DNA of 64,000 bases from an uncultured Pseudomonadales bacterium (GCA_964603945.1 CAZRWP010000004.1:12979-76978), one strand, 5' to 3'; shown: positions 35,557-46,859, counted from the stretch's first letter. Notes: generated by a model not told the origin, from the sequence alone. Program-made: numbers and translations.

Positions 35557-37380
35557 TTAAACAACAATATCCCACTCTTTAAGCTTTTCGGCGTCGCCAG
35601 ACTGAATCTTAAATAAACTGGCGTACAAGCCATCATGTTTCATTAGCTTCTGATGAGTACCCTGTTCTAAAACTTGACGGTCCTTGAGCACGATGATCTT
35701 GTCTGCCCGCTGAATCGTCGATAAGCGGTGAGCAATCACAATCGAGGTTCGGCCACTCAACAACCGGTTTAATGCCCGCTGAATATACATCTCCAATTCA
35801 GAGTCCAGCGAACTGGTGGCTTCGTCCAAAATAATAATCTGCGGATCACTGAGAATAGTTCGGGCTATTGATAATCGCTGTCGCTGTCCGCCTGACAGCT
35901 TGACGCCACGCTCACCAATCTGGGTGTTGAAACCCTCTGGTAACCTATCGATAAATTCTTTGGCGTAAGCGGATTCACAAGCCGCCATCATTTCGGCCTC
36001 AGTGGCATCTGGTTTGGCATAGCGCAGATTTTCAGCAATGGATGAGGCAAACAGATAAGCATCCTGGCTAACCAAGCCCATTTTTGAGCGTAGTTCACGC
36101 TGTTTTAGATCACGCAGATCAATGCCGTCTAACAAAATCTGCCCTTCATCCGGATCGAAAAAGCGCATCACCAAACTGGCAATAGTTGTTTTGCCGGCTC
36201 CAGAAGGCCCAACAAACGCGGTCATCTTTTTGGGCTCAATTTCAAAAGTTACGTCATCAAAAACCAAAACATTGTCCATTGTTGACCGCTTAGGTTTTTC
36301 CTCTTCTTCATCGCTTAAGGCATTAACCACAGAATTTCGGTACGTAAAAGTGACATTCTGAAAGTTCAATCTGCCTTCAACTTTTTCCAATGAAAAAGGT
36401 TTAACAGGATCAACAATATCAGATTGCACATTCATAATTCGGAAAAAGTCTTTAGCGCCAATCTGGGCCCTTTTAACTTCCCAAAATATCCAATTTAACT
36501 GCCACAGTGGCTGTCTTATTAGGCCAATTAAACCTACCAACAGCATCATGGTGCCGATAGTGATCTGACCTTGCCAGGTCATCCAAACAATGTAGGCATA
36601 CATTGACCAACTCAGAGACTCCAAGATAATGTCGCCACTAAATGCTTTATTGGTATTAATTTCCATCTTGCGGCGGATATCGATGTACTGCTCGAAGAAT
36701 TTGCCCAACCGAGATTTTTCAAATTTTTCCGCCCGAAAAGATTTTATAAGTGGCATAGAATTTAACACTTCCCAAAAATGGCTATACTGCTCGTCATAAA
36801 GTTTGTACTCCTGTTTTTCAAGAATATTGTTGCGCTTAAATCGCCAGTGATTAATTAGCACATAAGGAATAAAAGCCAAAACCGTGATTACACCAATTCG
36901 CCACTCGTAATAAACCACAATGGCAAAAGAGATCATAGCCGTAGCAACACTTGGCACAAAATGCATGCCGGAATTATTAACAATGCTGACAATTCGATTA
37001 ACACCGCGATCTAATTTGCTCATGAGTTTTCCAGACGCTTGCTCACTGAAAAAGGCCAACGGCAAACCCATAAGATGGTCAAAACCGGTCTGCTTAAGAT
37101 GAGCCTCAAACTTAACCACGAACAAATTGGTCATGAACCAAGTCAGGCGATTAAGCATTGATTGAAAAAGTTTTACAGCTAATAGCAAGCCTATTAGTAG
37201 TACTAAAAATTGCTGTGATTCGCTTGCCAAACCGCCGTCAACCAAAGTATCGGTAACCTGTTTTGAAATAAATGGCTCAACTTGATTTAACGCCGCCATA
37301 ACCACAATCAAAAATGAGATCAAAAATAGGGTTCGCTGATAGGGTTTGACATAAGTCAAAATATTCATCCACATACGCAA
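35557..37380 (-). CDS. ABC transporter, fused permease/ATPase (MsbA-like type I exporter)
   Basis: Six-transmembrane domain followed by a nucleotide-binding domain: Walker A GPSGAGKTT, LSGGQRQRLSIAR, ILDEATSSLD. An acidic insertion sits between the transmembrane domain and the nucleotide-binding domain. Confidence 0.8.
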   Translation of the reverse strand: MRMWMNILTYVKPYQRTLFLISFLIVVMAALNQVEPFISKQVTDTLVDGGLASESQQFLVLLIGLLLAVKLFQSMLNRLTWFMTNLFVVKFEAHLKQTGFDHLMGLPLAFFSEQASGKLMSKLDRGVNRIVSIVNNSGMHFVPSVATAMISFAIVVYYEWRIGVITVLAFIPYVLINHWRFKRNNILEKQEYKLYDEQYSHFWEVLNSMPLIKSFRAEKFEKSRLGKFFEQYIDIRRKMEINTNKAFSGDIILESLSWSMYAYIVWMTWQGQITIGTMMLLVGLIGLIRQPLWQLNWIFWEVKRAQIGAKDFFRIMNVQSDIVDPVKPFSLEKVEGRLNFQNVTFTYRNSVVNALSDEEEEKPKRSTMDNVLVFDDVTFEIEPKKMTAFVGPSGAGKTTIASLVMRFFDPDEGQILLDGIDLRDLKQRELRSKMGLVSQDAYLFASSIAENLRYAKPDATEAEMMAACESAYAKEFIDRLPEGFNTQIGERGVKLSGGQRQRLSIARTILSDPQIIILDEATSSLDSELEMYIQRALNRLLSGRTSIVIAHRLSTIQRADKIIVLKDRQVLEQGTHQKLMKHDGLYASLFKIQSGDAEKLKEWDIVV

Positions 37381-37465
37381 TATTTCTTACTAAAGGAACA
37401 GAATTATCTATGATATATCATCAGGCAAATTAAACCAAGCCTTAAACTAAATTGTTATGATAGTC

Positions 37466-37921
37466 TTACTGAGTCTGCTGTTGTTCGTATTGCTCTACTA
37501 CACCAACACAATACTGGTAACGGGCTTCATTCATCACTTGGGTTGAAACGTTATTAACTGACATCTCGGCACTGCTGGCCAACCCCTCCATTACCGCTCG
37601 GCTACCTTCTTCTCTAAAAGTTCGCCAAAGTTCATCCGGCGAAGTGGTTACATTGGCTGAAATTGATGCCTCTTTAAAATCATTCACAGCCGACCAGCTT
37701 CCAACTTTAGGCCAAGAAATACCTTCCTCTGTGGTTTTTCTGATGACTTTGGCAATTGAATGATCCAAATCAGTGACGATTGTTTTCACCTTGCTTGATC
37801 CCATCTCCAATGACAAACTTTCTGCTTGCCCCGCCAGTGGATTAGTCGGTCTGTACCCGATGTACCACAACACACCGCCAACCAAAATCAAAATCACCAC
37901 AATACCTAAAAAGCGCTTCAT
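37466..37921 (-). CDS. Hypothetical membrane-anchored protein
   Basis: 151-aa ORF with an N-terminal transmembrane helix. Confidence 0.4.
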   Translation of the reverse strand: MKRFLGIVVILILVGGVLWYIGYRPTNPLAGQAESLSLEMGSSKVKTIVTDLDHSIAKVIRKTTEEGISWPKVGSWSAVNDFKEASISANVTTSPDELWRTFREEGSRAVMEGLASSAEMSVNNVSTQVMNEARYQYCVGVVEQYEQQQTQ

Positions 37922-38056
37922 ATTATCAGTATAGCGCCAAACGTCTTACTCTGCGAAAAATGAAGTTGTTAGACAATAAAATTGCTTGTTACTCGCCCTG
38001 TTGCTGAGAAGTTACGTATTGCAAAGCTATTTGCTTAAAAGTTGCGCACTGCAACG

Positions 38057-39280
38057 TTATTCACTGCGAAGAGCCTCAATCGGTGAAAGCTTGCTAGCCT
38101 TGCGCGCCGGCGCCACGCCAAACACAATTCCCACCGCCACCGATACCGTAAAAGCTAAACCGATAGCATTAAAAGTAATTGTCGAGGGAAAATCTGACGC
38201 CACTCTAAGTAGGAATGAAAATAGACTTGCCAGCGCGACCCCAATTCCACCACCAATCACGGACAACAAAGATGACTCAATTAAGAATTGCACTAGAATT
38301 TGATTTGGGGTCGCGCCAAGCGCCTTGCGCAAACCAATTTCGCGCGTCCGCTCCGTCACCGACACCAACATAATATTCATAATGCCAATTCCACCAACCA
38401 CCAAGGAAATAGCGGCAATGCCGCCAAGTCCCACTGTCACCATACCCAAAATTTGACTCACTGTTTCCAATATTTGCTTTTGGTCTAAAACATCATATTC
38501 TTCTGGCTCACGGCCATCTACATCTTGCAGATAAGTTTCAAGCTCAGCAATCGCCAGCTCAATTTGTGACTTATCCCTAACCTGAACCGTAATAACGTTT
38601 ATGTCGTTGCTATCAAACAAACGGAAGTATGCTTCTAAGGGTATTAAAACTAAATCATCAAAACTGCCGCCACCGCCCAAACCCGCGCCCTTGGATTCGG
38701 TTACCCCAACCACTTTATAAGTCACTTCATTTAAACGAACAGATTTATTAATCGGATCAATCTCGCCAAAAATATTTTTCACCACATTTGGTCCTAAAAC
38801 TAAGACCCGCTGACCAGCCCTGGCTTCTGACTCGGTAAAGAAACGTCCCGTTTCCACTTCAATATCGCGAACGGCCATAAAATCAGCAGTTGTGCCCATT
38901 AAGGTGACAGCTTTGGTTTCGCCCTTGTAAGAAAGTTTACCGCGATTCTCGGTCTCCGGCAGAACTATTTGGGCAAAATCACGCATCCTTTTAATATCAT
39001 TAACGTTCTGCTGAGTGAATTGTTTACTGTTAACCATGCCAGAACCACCGCCTTGCGCCATGCCAGACTCACCAAATAACTGGGTCGGGTAAACCAAAAC
39101 TGTATTGGCACCCAAACTTTCAAACTGCTCTTCGATAAAAACTTGCAAGCCTTTGCCAATTGAGGTCAACAAAATAACTGAGCCAACACCAATAATCACA
39201 CCCAACATTGTCAGTAGTGAGCGCGTCTTATTGGCGCGGATTGTTCGCCAGGCAACCAGGATGGTATTTAGTAAATTCAT
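38057..39280 (-). CDS. MacB/FtsX-family ABC transporter permease (MacB_PCD plus FtsX domain)
   Basis: N-terminal transmembrane helix, a large periplasmic domain and a C-terminal triple-transmembrane FtsX-like domain. It overlaps the ATPase gene by 4 nt. Confidence 0.8.
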   Translation of the reverse strand: MNLLNTILVAWRTIRANKTRSLLTMLGVIIGVGSVILLTSIGKGLQVFIEEQFESLGANTVLVYPTQLFGESGMAQGGGSGMVNSKQFTQQNVNDIKRMRDFAQIVLPETENRGKLSYKGETKAVTLMGTTADFMAVRDIEVETGRFFTESEARAGQRVLVLGPNVVKNIFGEIDPINKSVRLNEVTYKVVGVTESKGAGLGGGGSFDDLVLIPLEAYFRLFDSNDINVITVQVRDKSQIELAIAELETYLQDVDGREPEEYDVLDQKQILETVSQILGMVTVGLGGIAAISLVVGGIGIMNIMLVSVTERTREIGLRKALGATPNQILVQFLIESSLLSVIGGGIGVALASLFSFLLRVASDFPSTITFNAIGLAFTVSVAVGIVFGVAPARKASKLSPIEALRSE

Positions 39281-40098
39281 GATTTTGCCTGTTGAGATTT
39301 TGTATTATTTTTAGTTTCTGCGCTGGTCTTTTTATTTGATTTGCTAATATTTTTAGCTGACAAAGTTTTCTTTTTAGTCTGCGCCCTATCGCTGACGATT
39401 CGGCCATCCTTCATGACAATTAGCCTGGCGGCGTGCTCGGCAATTTCTGGCTCGTGCGTCACAATGACAATAGTGTTGCCTTCTTCATGCAATTTATCCA
39501 GCATGGCCATAATTTCATCACCAGATTGTGAATCCAGATTACCAGTTGGTTCATCAGCAAAGACAATGGTGGGATTGTTGACTAAGGCGCGGGCGATCGC
39601 CACGCGTTGCTGTTGGCCACCGCTGAGCTGAGCCCGCGTGTTATGCAGGCGGTCGCCTAAGCCAACTTTCTCCAGCGCGGCTTTGGCACGTTTAGTTCTT
39701 TCTGCCTTGCCTAAGCCAGCATAGATCAAAGGTAAAATTACATTATCTAAAGCCGCAACTTTGGGTAACAAGTTAAACTGCTGAAAAATAAAGCCAATTT
39801 CTTGGTTGCGCACGCGGGCTAATTCAGATTCGTTATAACGAGAAACGTCCTTGCCGTGCAGCAAGATGTGTCCCTCAGAGGGGTTATCAAGTAAAGATGC
39901 GATTTGCAACATGGTAGATTTTCCGGCGCCGCTGGCGCCCATAATGGCCACAAATTCACCACGCTCAAGGGAAAAATCCACATCATTAAGGGCATGAATT
40001 TCCTGCTCACCAAGTTTATAGGTCTTATAAACTGATTTTAGCTGAAGAATAACTTGCTTACTTTTTGACACATTGCTTACCTTATTAATTTGATTCAT
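39277..40098 (-). CDS. ABC transporter ATP-binding protein (MacB/LolD-like)
   Basis: [37 protein letters not shown]. Confidence 0.85.
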   Translation of the reverse strand: MNQINKVSNVSKSKQVILQLKSVYKTYKLGEQEIHALNDVDFSLERGEFVAIMGASGAGKSTMLQIASLLDNPSEGHILLHGKDVSRYNESELARVRNQEIGFIFQQFNLLPKVAALDNVILPLIYAGLGKAERTKRAKAALEKVGLGDRLHNTRAQLSGGQQQRVAIARALVNNPTIVFADEPTGNLDSQSGDEIMAMLDKLHEEGNTIVIVTHEPEIAEHAARLIVMKDGRIVSDRAQTKKKTLSAKNISKSNKKTSAETKNNTKSQQAKS

Positions 40099-41120
40099 GG
40101 CAGAATCACCTGATCATCTTCCGACAGTCCTTCCAAAATTTCGGCATAGTCATCATTCTCCAGACCTAAAGTCACCGCCTTTTCCTGACGCTGATTATTA
40201 ACCATTACTTCTACATAACTTTGGCCTTCGCGTGAAATGAGTGTTTCAATCGGTACACTTAAGACATGTCGTTTCTCCGCTGACAACAGTCTAGCTTCAC
40301 CATTCATGCCTACTCTAGCTTCTTCAATCGAAACAGGTTGGGCAAAGACTACCTTTACCGCAAAAACGGATCCTTCAATCGTGTCCATCGTCTGATAATC
40401 AATCTCAGCTACCTGTCCTAAATATTCGCGATCAGGATAAGCGTCCAACACAATGGTTGCTGGCTGGCCAACTTTTACCTTTTCAAAATCAACTTCATCA
40501 ACCCAAGTTTTGAAGTAAAGAGTGTCCGGATTAATTATTTCCCAGGCATCGGTGGCACCAGTAGTCACGCCAGTTACTTCTACGGGCGCGCTTACCAAAA
40601 TGCCATCAAAGGGGGCGGAAATTCGGTAATTGTCAAAAGACAAATATTGCAGTTCAACATCTAAAACTGATCTATTGAGCGAGAATTGATCTAAATCTGC
40701 TTCGCGCTGTAAAGTTTCATCCGCAATGATGTCGGGTCGAGCCGCTTGTTCTTCCTCAAATGCCCACCGCTCAGTTTGATACATACTTAACGCTTTATCC
40801 AGCTGTTTTTGAACTGTCCGCTGATCCAAACTGGCGATTGTCTGACCGCGTTTGACAAAGTCGCCTTGCTTGGCACCAATGTATGACAACTTGCCCACAC
40901 CGGCAAAACGCAAACCGACCCGTTCTCGAGCATCTACTCGACCGGAAAAAACCGTTGTCTTAACAATGTCGCGATATTCCGGATTTATCAGATCAACTTG
41001 CGCAGTTTGGGCTTGTCGGCTTTGCCACTGCCAATAAATAACACCGCCCACAACCAACACAATTAAGACTATCCACCATTTATTTTTTAGCCATTTGGCT
41101 ATTGCTTTAACTTTATCCAT
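40095..41120 (-). CDS. HlyD/MacA-family periplasmic adaptor (membrane fusion protein)
   Basis: N-terminal transmembrane helix, then lipoyl/beta-barrel-like segments. It is the first gene of the three-gene pump operon. The start was trimmed to MDKVKAIAKW. Confidence 0.65.
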   Translation of the reverse strand: MDKVKAIAKWLKNKWWIVLIVLVVGGVIYWQWQSRQAQTAQVDLINPEYRDIVKTTVFSGRVDARERVGLRFAGVGKLSYIGAKQGDFVKRGQTIASLDQRTVQKQLDKALSMYQTERWAFEEEQAARPDIIADETLQREADLDQFSLNRSVLDVELQYLSFDNYRISAPFDGILVSAPVEVTGVTTGATDAWEIINPDTLYFKTWVDEVDFEKVKVGQPATIVLDAYPDREYLGQVAEIDYQTMDTIEGSVFAVKVVFAQPVSIEEARVGMNGEARLLSAEKRHVLSVPIETLISREGQSYVEVMVNNQRQEKAVTLGLENDDYAEILEGLSEDDQVILP

Positions 41121-41156
41121 ATCGATTCCTTCAACAGTCAGTATATACTGATAGCG

Positions 41157-41975
41157 ATGCCTCAGAAAGAAGTTAAGAACTGTCAAACGTTCTATCAGCA
41201 CATCGGCAAATCTTCAAAAACTATACTGCTTTTGCATGGTTGGCGCAACGATTGGCAGGCCTGGAGTTCGCTTGTCCCCGTTCTAAGTGGTGAATACTCA
41301 TTAATTATTCCTGATTTGCCAGGTTTTGGCCGTTCCGGTTCACCAGAACATGGTTGGTCGACCGCTGAATATGTTGATTGGTTAATTGCTTTCTTGCGTC
41401 AACTGGAAATTACCGAACTTGAAGCCGTTATTGGTCATTCTTATGGTGGTAAACTGGCAAGTTTTGGCTGGCTCAAAGCGGGCACTCAATTGCCTTTAGT
41501 GAGACAAGGCTTGTTTTTGATCAGTCCATCTGGTGTTCCTAATTCTTTGCCATTATCCAGTCGGCTGCTTAAGCGAGGTTTGGGGTTGATTCCCAAAAGT
41601 CTCAAGCGGGGCTTATTAACTCCTTGGCGACAAAAACTATATCAGCAGATTGACCCAGATGCTGATTATTTACGCGCAACCCCTTTTCAGGAAGCTACCC
41701 TTAACAAGATTCTGTCAGAAGATATTCGTCAGCATGTTCCCAAACCGACCGATTTGCCACTAAGACTTTGCTGGGGTGAATTGGATAGAGCTTTGCCAGC
41801 CGCCACAGCCTATGACTGGCTAAAGCTCAGCCGCCAAAGCCATGTTTTTAATGTTCCGTCTGCCGGCCACGCCGTTCATCTTGAAAAGCCTGAGCTCTTT
41901 AATATTTGGCTTAATACCTGGCTAAATACTGCCGATTTGTCAGCTGAGATTAATCATGAGGATCAAATCAAATGA
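41157..41975 (+). CDS. Alpha/beta-fold hydrolase
   Basis: LLLHGW…GHSYGG nucleophile elbow (G-x-S-x-G). Confidence 0.7.
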   Translation: MPQKEVKNCQTFYQHIGKSSKTILLLHGWRNDWQAWSSLVPVLSGEYSLIIPDLPGFGRSGSPEHGWSTAEYVDWLIAFLRQLEITELEAVIGHSYGGKLASFGWLKAGTQLPLVRQGLFLISPSGVPNSLPLSSRLLKRGLGLIPKSLKRGLLTPWRQKLYQQIDPDADYLRATPFQEATLNKILSEDIRQHVPKPTDLPLRLCWGELDRALPAATAYDWLKLSRQSHVFNVPSAGHAVHLEKPELFNIWLNTWLNTADLSAEINHEDQIK

Positions 41976-43366
41976 AATATCAACTGAATACCTTACTGGC
42001 CATCCTTCAGCAGGCAGAATATAACTTGCCCATCTGGCAGAATTGGATAAATACTAATCGCCCAGAAAATCAAATTCAAAAATTAAACTCCTTAAAACCT
42101 GAACGCTGGACTTTAAAACTCAAATTCATTAAATGGTCTACCACTATCCTTAGCTTACTGCTGGCACAAACTAAAGCAGTAGAAATAAGTGTCAAAATTT
42201 TGAAACCATTTGAATCATTTTTAACCTGGGTATTAGTTCGCTTGGCCTCAGCTAAACTACGCCGCTATCAAAAATCTGGGCTAAGCGTGGTTGGAATTGC
42301 CGGAAGCTACGGCAAAACCAGTGTAAAACATGTTACCAAGCACATTCTTGCGCATCAGTGGTCTGTGCTCATGAGTCCCGCTAGCTACAATACACCGCTT
42401 GGTTTGGCAGTCACGATTTTGCGTCATTTAAATAAGTCGCATCAAATTTTTATTGCTGAACTTGGTGAATACAAAACTAATGACATTGCAGATTTTCTAA
42501 AATGGGTTCAGCCTGACTATGCCATCTTAACCCCAATTGGCTACACTCACGGAGAGCGGTTTGGCTCCGATGAAAAGCTTAATTTAACTTTCAAGCCACT
42601 ACTGACCTCGCGTTTTAAACCAAAATTTTTATTAGTTGACGAAGTTAATCGCGAAGTTATAAATAACTTTAATCTCACCAGCAATCATCGATCAGCTGAA
42701 ATGAGCTACTATGGTTCCGCTGAAAATAATGTGTACAGTTTAAAAATCGCCTCTTCCAACTTTGATGGCAGTAATGGTTTGCTAAATACTCCTCAGATAA
42801 AGAACCTGTCTGTTAGCACCCGCCTGCTGAGCTCCCATCAACTTATTAATGCCTTGCCTGGAATAGCCTTAACTGAACAGTTGGGAGGCCAGTCACTAAC
42901 TTCAGCCCTTTCTATTAGGTACGCGCCAGATGTACCAAGACGTTTGGCAGTTATCTCCAGTCCCAATGGCTCAGTCGTTATTGACAATAGCTATAACTCC
43001 AATCCCGGTTCTTGGCAAGCGGCTCTAAATTTCATCAAGCAGGCCAAACCAGATAATTTGATTGTCATCACGGCCGGTTTTGTTGAACTTGAGCCTAATC
43101 TAAACGCCTCAGCTCATGTCCAACTGGCTAAAGATTTAATGGCAGTAGCCAGTCAGATTGGCATAATTGAATCTAGATATAACCAAGACTTAATTTCAGT
43201 CATAAAAGATGGCAAGGTGCCGTTTGTGATTGGCTCTAACCAAGCAGAGGTCATTAGCAAGCTCAGTCAATTAGAAAGTAAATCACCAAGATCAGGGGCA
43301 AACTCTGCCAAAAAATCAATAAATTATTTTTGGCTTGAGGGCGGCTCACGCGAACTATATCAATAA
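41972..43366 (+). CDS. murF: UDP-N-acetylmuramoyl-tripeptide--D-alanyl-D-alanine ligase (MurF-type Mur ligase)
   Basis: P-loop GIAGSYGKTS and the MurF-type DNSYNSNP(G)S motif (DxYNANPxS). Confidence 0.7.
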   Translation: MKYQLNTLLAILQQAEYNLPIWQNWINTNRPENQIQKLNSLKPERWTLKLKFIKWSTTILSLLLAQTKAVEISVKILKPFESFLTWVLVRLASAKLRRYQKSGLSVVGIAGSYGKTSVKHVTKHILAHQWSVLMSPASYNTPLGLAVTILRHLNKSHQIFIAELGEYKTNDIADFLKWVQPDYAILTPIGYTHGERFGSDEKLNLTFKPLLTSRFKPKFLLVDEVNREVINNFNLTSNHRSAEMSYYGSAENNVYSLKIASSNFDGSNGLLNTPQIKNLSVSTRLLSSHQLINALPGIALTEQLGGQSLTSALSIRYAPDVPRRLAVISSPNGSVVIDNSYNSNPGSWQAALNFIKQAKPDNLIVITAGFVELEPNLNASAHVQLAKDLMAVASQIGIIESRYNQDLISVIKDGKVPFVIGSNQAEVISKLSQLESKSPRSGANSAKKSINYFWLEGGSRELYQ

Positions 43367-43409
43367 GCTTGAGCTTTATCACTCAACGATAATAATTCCA
43401 GACTCAAGC

Positions 43410-46400
43410 TTAATTTAATAATTCTTTAACAAAACCAGCCATGTCATCGCTCCAGGCTACGGTATATGGTAGTTTCATACGGGTAATATGATCACCTTCT
43501 GGCGAAGGGATCAGTAAGACAATTGGTACATTGCCTGGACTTTTACGCAGTAAAGTACCTAACTTTTGTAAGATTTTTTTATCCGTCTCACGAGGAATCG
43601 TGATCTCTATCGCATTCTTTTCAATTGGTTGTTCATCATCAACTAAATCAGGTTGCCAAATATTTTCTACCACCAGTTGCAATTCATCATCCCGCGTATC
43701 AACTTTGGCTCTAACCAAAACCGCATTGTCATCAATAAAGTAACGCTTGCCGTCTTTATAAGCCCGCGGAAAACACACTATCCGAATACTGCCTGACTGA
43801 TCTTCTAACGTACCAAAGGCCATGGCTGAATTATCTTTTTTGGTGTGAACTTCACGTATACCACTTAAAATTCCACCAATCACAAAAGTCTGATCTTTAT
43901 GAATATCTCCATCTAAATCACCGATTCGTTTCTCAGCTTGCTTACTAATTTGCTCTAATCCCTTAGACATGGGGTGATCAGTCAAATAAAATCCCAGCAG
44001 TTCTTTTTCATATGATAATAGTTCGGCCGCTGGATATTCTTCTAAGCGGGGAAAGGTGTCTTTTACCTGTGTAGCTGACTCCTGAGCCACCTCAGCAAAT
44101 AGAGAGTCCTGACCGGCTAGCTCGCTCTGAAACTGAGCCGCCTGCGCCCGAATATCATCCAGATTTTCCAGCATGCTAGATCTGGTCGCAAACTGATCAA
44201 AGGCGCCAACCCTAACCAAGCTTTCCACTACTTTTTTATTAACTCGTCTGGAGTCAGTTCGGCGTAGGAAATCAGTAAAGGAAACAAATGGCTGATCAGC
44301 CCGAGCTTCCATAATGGCCTCAATCGCGGCTGTGCCAACATTTTTAATTGCTCCTAGACCGTATCGAATGGCTAAATTCTCTAAGGAGTCTTTGTTTTCT
44401 TCAACACAAAAGCCAATCGCTGATTTATTAATATCTGGCGGCAGAACCACTATGCCCATACGGCGGGCATCTTCCACTGCCATGCGGACTTTTTCTTCCT
44501 TCTGCTGGCTGTGCGACAAACTTTCCACCGAGGCCATGGCCGTCATGTACTCCACCGGATGCAGAACCTTCATGTAAGCGGTTCGATAAGCCACCATGGC
44601 GTAACTGGCCGCATGAGCTTTGTTAAAGCCATAACCGGCAAATTTTTCAATATAGCCCCATACTTCTTCGGCTACCTTTTTCTTATAACCATGCTCCACT
44701 GAGCGTCGGACGAACTCAGCCTTTTGTTGATCCATGATTGATTTCTTCTTCTTGCCGATTGCTTTACGCAAGACATCACCTTCACCCAAGGTATACCCAG
44801 CCATCACATTGGCCACGTTAATTGCCTGCTCCTGATAAACCATAAAGCCATACGTTTCCTCAAAAACTGGCTTTAAATCAGGGTGCGGATACTGAACTTT
44901 TTCAGGATTATGCTTAGCTTCGACAAAAGCAGGGATAAGATCCATTGGTCCAGGCCGATACAATGCCACCATAGCGGTAATATCCGAAAATTTATTAGGC
45001 TGAAGAGTACGGGCTACCCGCCGCATGCCGCCTGATTCCAACTGAAAAACCCCGGTCGTATTTCCTTGAGAAATCATCTGATAAACCTTGGGTTCATCAA
45101 GCGGAATATTGTCTAGATTAACTTCAATTCCCTTAGTTTGTTTCACAATCTCAATCGCTTCACCCAAAATTGAAAGGTTACGCAAGCCCAGGAAATCAAA
45201 TTTTATTAAACCAATGGCATCATCACCTGAGACATTAGCGTCCAAGGCGTACATGTCATACTGAGTGATTATCTTGCCTTCCCGATTTTCCCTTTGAATT
45301 GGGACATAATTTGTTAAATCATCATCAGCAATAATAACAGCGGCCGCGTGCACCGAACTGTGTCTCGCCACGCCTTCACATTTTTGAGCCAACTCAAACA
45401 GCTTTTTGTACTTGGGAAGTTGGCTGTACTGCTTTAGTTCTGGCACTGCTTGAATTGCTTCTGGCAGGCGCATATTGGGCGGAATCAACTTAGCAATGCG
45501 GTCACAGTCACCATAAGATACCTCTAAAACCCGTCCCACATCCCGAATTGCTACACGAGCTTCCATTCGTCCAAAAGTGATCACGTTGGCTACTTTGTCA
45601 GAGCCGTACTTTTGTGTAATGTATTCAATTACTTCTTCACGACGAGTATCAGCAAAGTCCATATCAATATCTGGCGGCGACGGTCGCTCTGGATTAAGAA
45701 AGCGCTCAAATTTAAGGTCATGTTCCAGGGGGTTAACGGTGGTAATTCCTAATGAATATGAGACCAGTGAACCAGCCGCACTACCGCGACCTGGGCCAAC
45801 ATAAATGCCATGATCCTTAGCCCACTGCACAAAATCATGCACAATTAGAAAATAGGTGGCGTAGCCCTTGCCAATAATGACATCCAACTCATAATCTAAA
45901 CGTTCTTTAATCTCTGGTGTGACAGTCATGCCTAATACTTTTTCATAGCGCTCGTAAGTTTGGTGTCTTAACCAAGAACCCGCGTCATAGCCGGCTGGCA
46001 CTTCAAACAGCGGCATTACCCATTTTCCCTGGGGAATCTCCACATCGCATTGCTCGGCAATTTTCAAAGTGTTGGCCAGGGCGTCTGGATACTGAGCAAA
46101 TAGCTCTTCCATTTCCTGTGAGCTACGGAGGAAAAACGTCGGTGAGTTAAGCATGGTCATCCGCTCAGTTTCTGAAACAAACCGGCGGGTAGAGACACAA
46201 ACTAACGCGTCCTGCGCTTCGGCGTCATCAGCATCGACATAATGAACGTCATTAGTTGCAACCAGTGGAATGCCGGTCTCACGGGAAAGTTTGGCCATTT
46301 CAGCGGCTAATTCATGAGTCTCTTTAACCTGATGATTCTGAATTTCCAGATAGAAATCACCTTCAAATAACTCATAGTATTGTTTAATTTTAGCTTTGGC

Positions 46401-46859
46401 TTCATCGCGCTTGCCTTGCAGTAAGAGCTGAGAAATCAAGCTAGACATACAGCCGCTAGTGGCAATTATGCCTTCATGATGTTCCTGTAAAAGTTCTTCA
46501 TCAAAACGGGGCTTATAGGAAAAGCCTTCCAGGTGCGCTCGGGAAGTTAGTTTCATTAAGTTTTGATATCCAGTGAAGTTCTTAGCCAAAAGCGTAATGT
46601 GAAAAGCATCTGAGCCTGGCTTAACTTGTTTTTGGTGGCGGCTATGAGCTGACATATAGCCTTCCAAACCAATAATTGGTTTGACATTAGTTTTCTTAGC
46701 TTGATTGTAAAAATGAATGGCGCCGTACATTACGCCATGATCCGTCATGGCTAACGCTGGCTGTTTGTACTCCTGAGCCCGCTCAAATAGTTTATCGATT
46801 TTACTCAGACCATCGAGCAGTGAATACTCAGTGTGGACGTGGAGGTGAACAAAGGACAT
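43410..46859 (-). CDS. dnaE: DNA polymerase III alpha subunit
   Basis: N-terminal PHP domain (HLHVHTEYSLLDG), palm and fingers motifs, C-terminal OB fold. 1149 aa. Confidence 0.95.
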   Translation of the reverse strand: MSFVHLHVHTEYSLLDGLSKIDKLFERAQEYKQPALAMTDHGVMYGAIHFYNQAKKTNVKPIIGLEGYMSAHSRHQKQVKPGSDAFHITLLAKNFTGYQNLMKLTSRAHLEGFSYKPRFDEELLQEHHEGIIATSGCMSSLISQLLLQGKRDEAKAKIKQYYELFEGDFYLEIQNHQVKETHELAAEMAKLSRETGIPLVATNDVHYVDADDAEAQDALVCVSTRRFVSETERMTMLNSPTFFLRSSQEMEELFAQYPDALANTLKIAEQCDVEIPQGKWVMPLFEVPAGYDAGSWLRHQTYERYEKVLGMTVTPEIKERLDYELDVIIGKGYATYFLIVHDFVQWAKDHGIYVGPGRGSAAGSLVSYSLGITTVNPLEHDLKFERFLNPERPSPPDIDMDFADTRREEVIEYITQKYGSDKVANVITFGRMEARVAIRDVGRVLEVSYGDCDRIAKLIPPNMRLPEAIQAVPELKQYSQLPKYKKLFELAQKCEGVARHSSVHAAAVIIADDDLTNYVPIQRENREGKIITQYDMYALDANVSGDDAIGLIKFDFLGLRNLSILGEAIEIVKQTKGIEVNLDNIPLDEPKVYQMISQGNTTGVFQLESGGMRRVARTLQPNKFSDITAMVALYRPGPMDLIPAFVEAKHNPEKVQYPHPDLKPVFEETYGFMVYQEQAINVANVMAGYTLGEGDVLRKAIGKKKKSIMDQQKAEFVRRSVEHGYKKKVAEEVWGYIEKFAGYGFNKAHAASYAMVAYRTAYMKVLHPVEYMTAMASVESLSHSQQKEEKVRMAVEDARRMGIVVLPPDINKSAIGFCVEENKDSLENLAIRYGLGAIKNVGTAAIEAIMEARADQPFVSFTDFLRRTDSRRVNKKVVESLVRVGAFDQFATRSSMLENLDDIRAQAAQFQSELAGQDSLFAEVAQESATQVKDTFPRLEEYPAAELLSYEKELLGFYLTDHPMSKGLEQISKQAEKRIGDLDGDIHKDQTFVIGGILSGIREVHTKKDNSAMAFGTLEDQSGSIRIVCFPRAYKDGKRYFIDDNAVLVRAKVDTRDDELQLVVENIWQPDLVDDEQPIEKNAIEITIPRETDKKILQKLGTLLRKSPGNVPIVLLIPSPEGDHITRMKLPYTVAWSDDMAGFVKELLN

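Noticed and set aside
37986-38303. 105-aa plus-strand ORF (MLLALLLRSYVLQSY…)
   Set aside because: It is a product of short DNA direct repeats and runs antisense into the MacB-like permease gene. It has low complexity and is not a credible gene.
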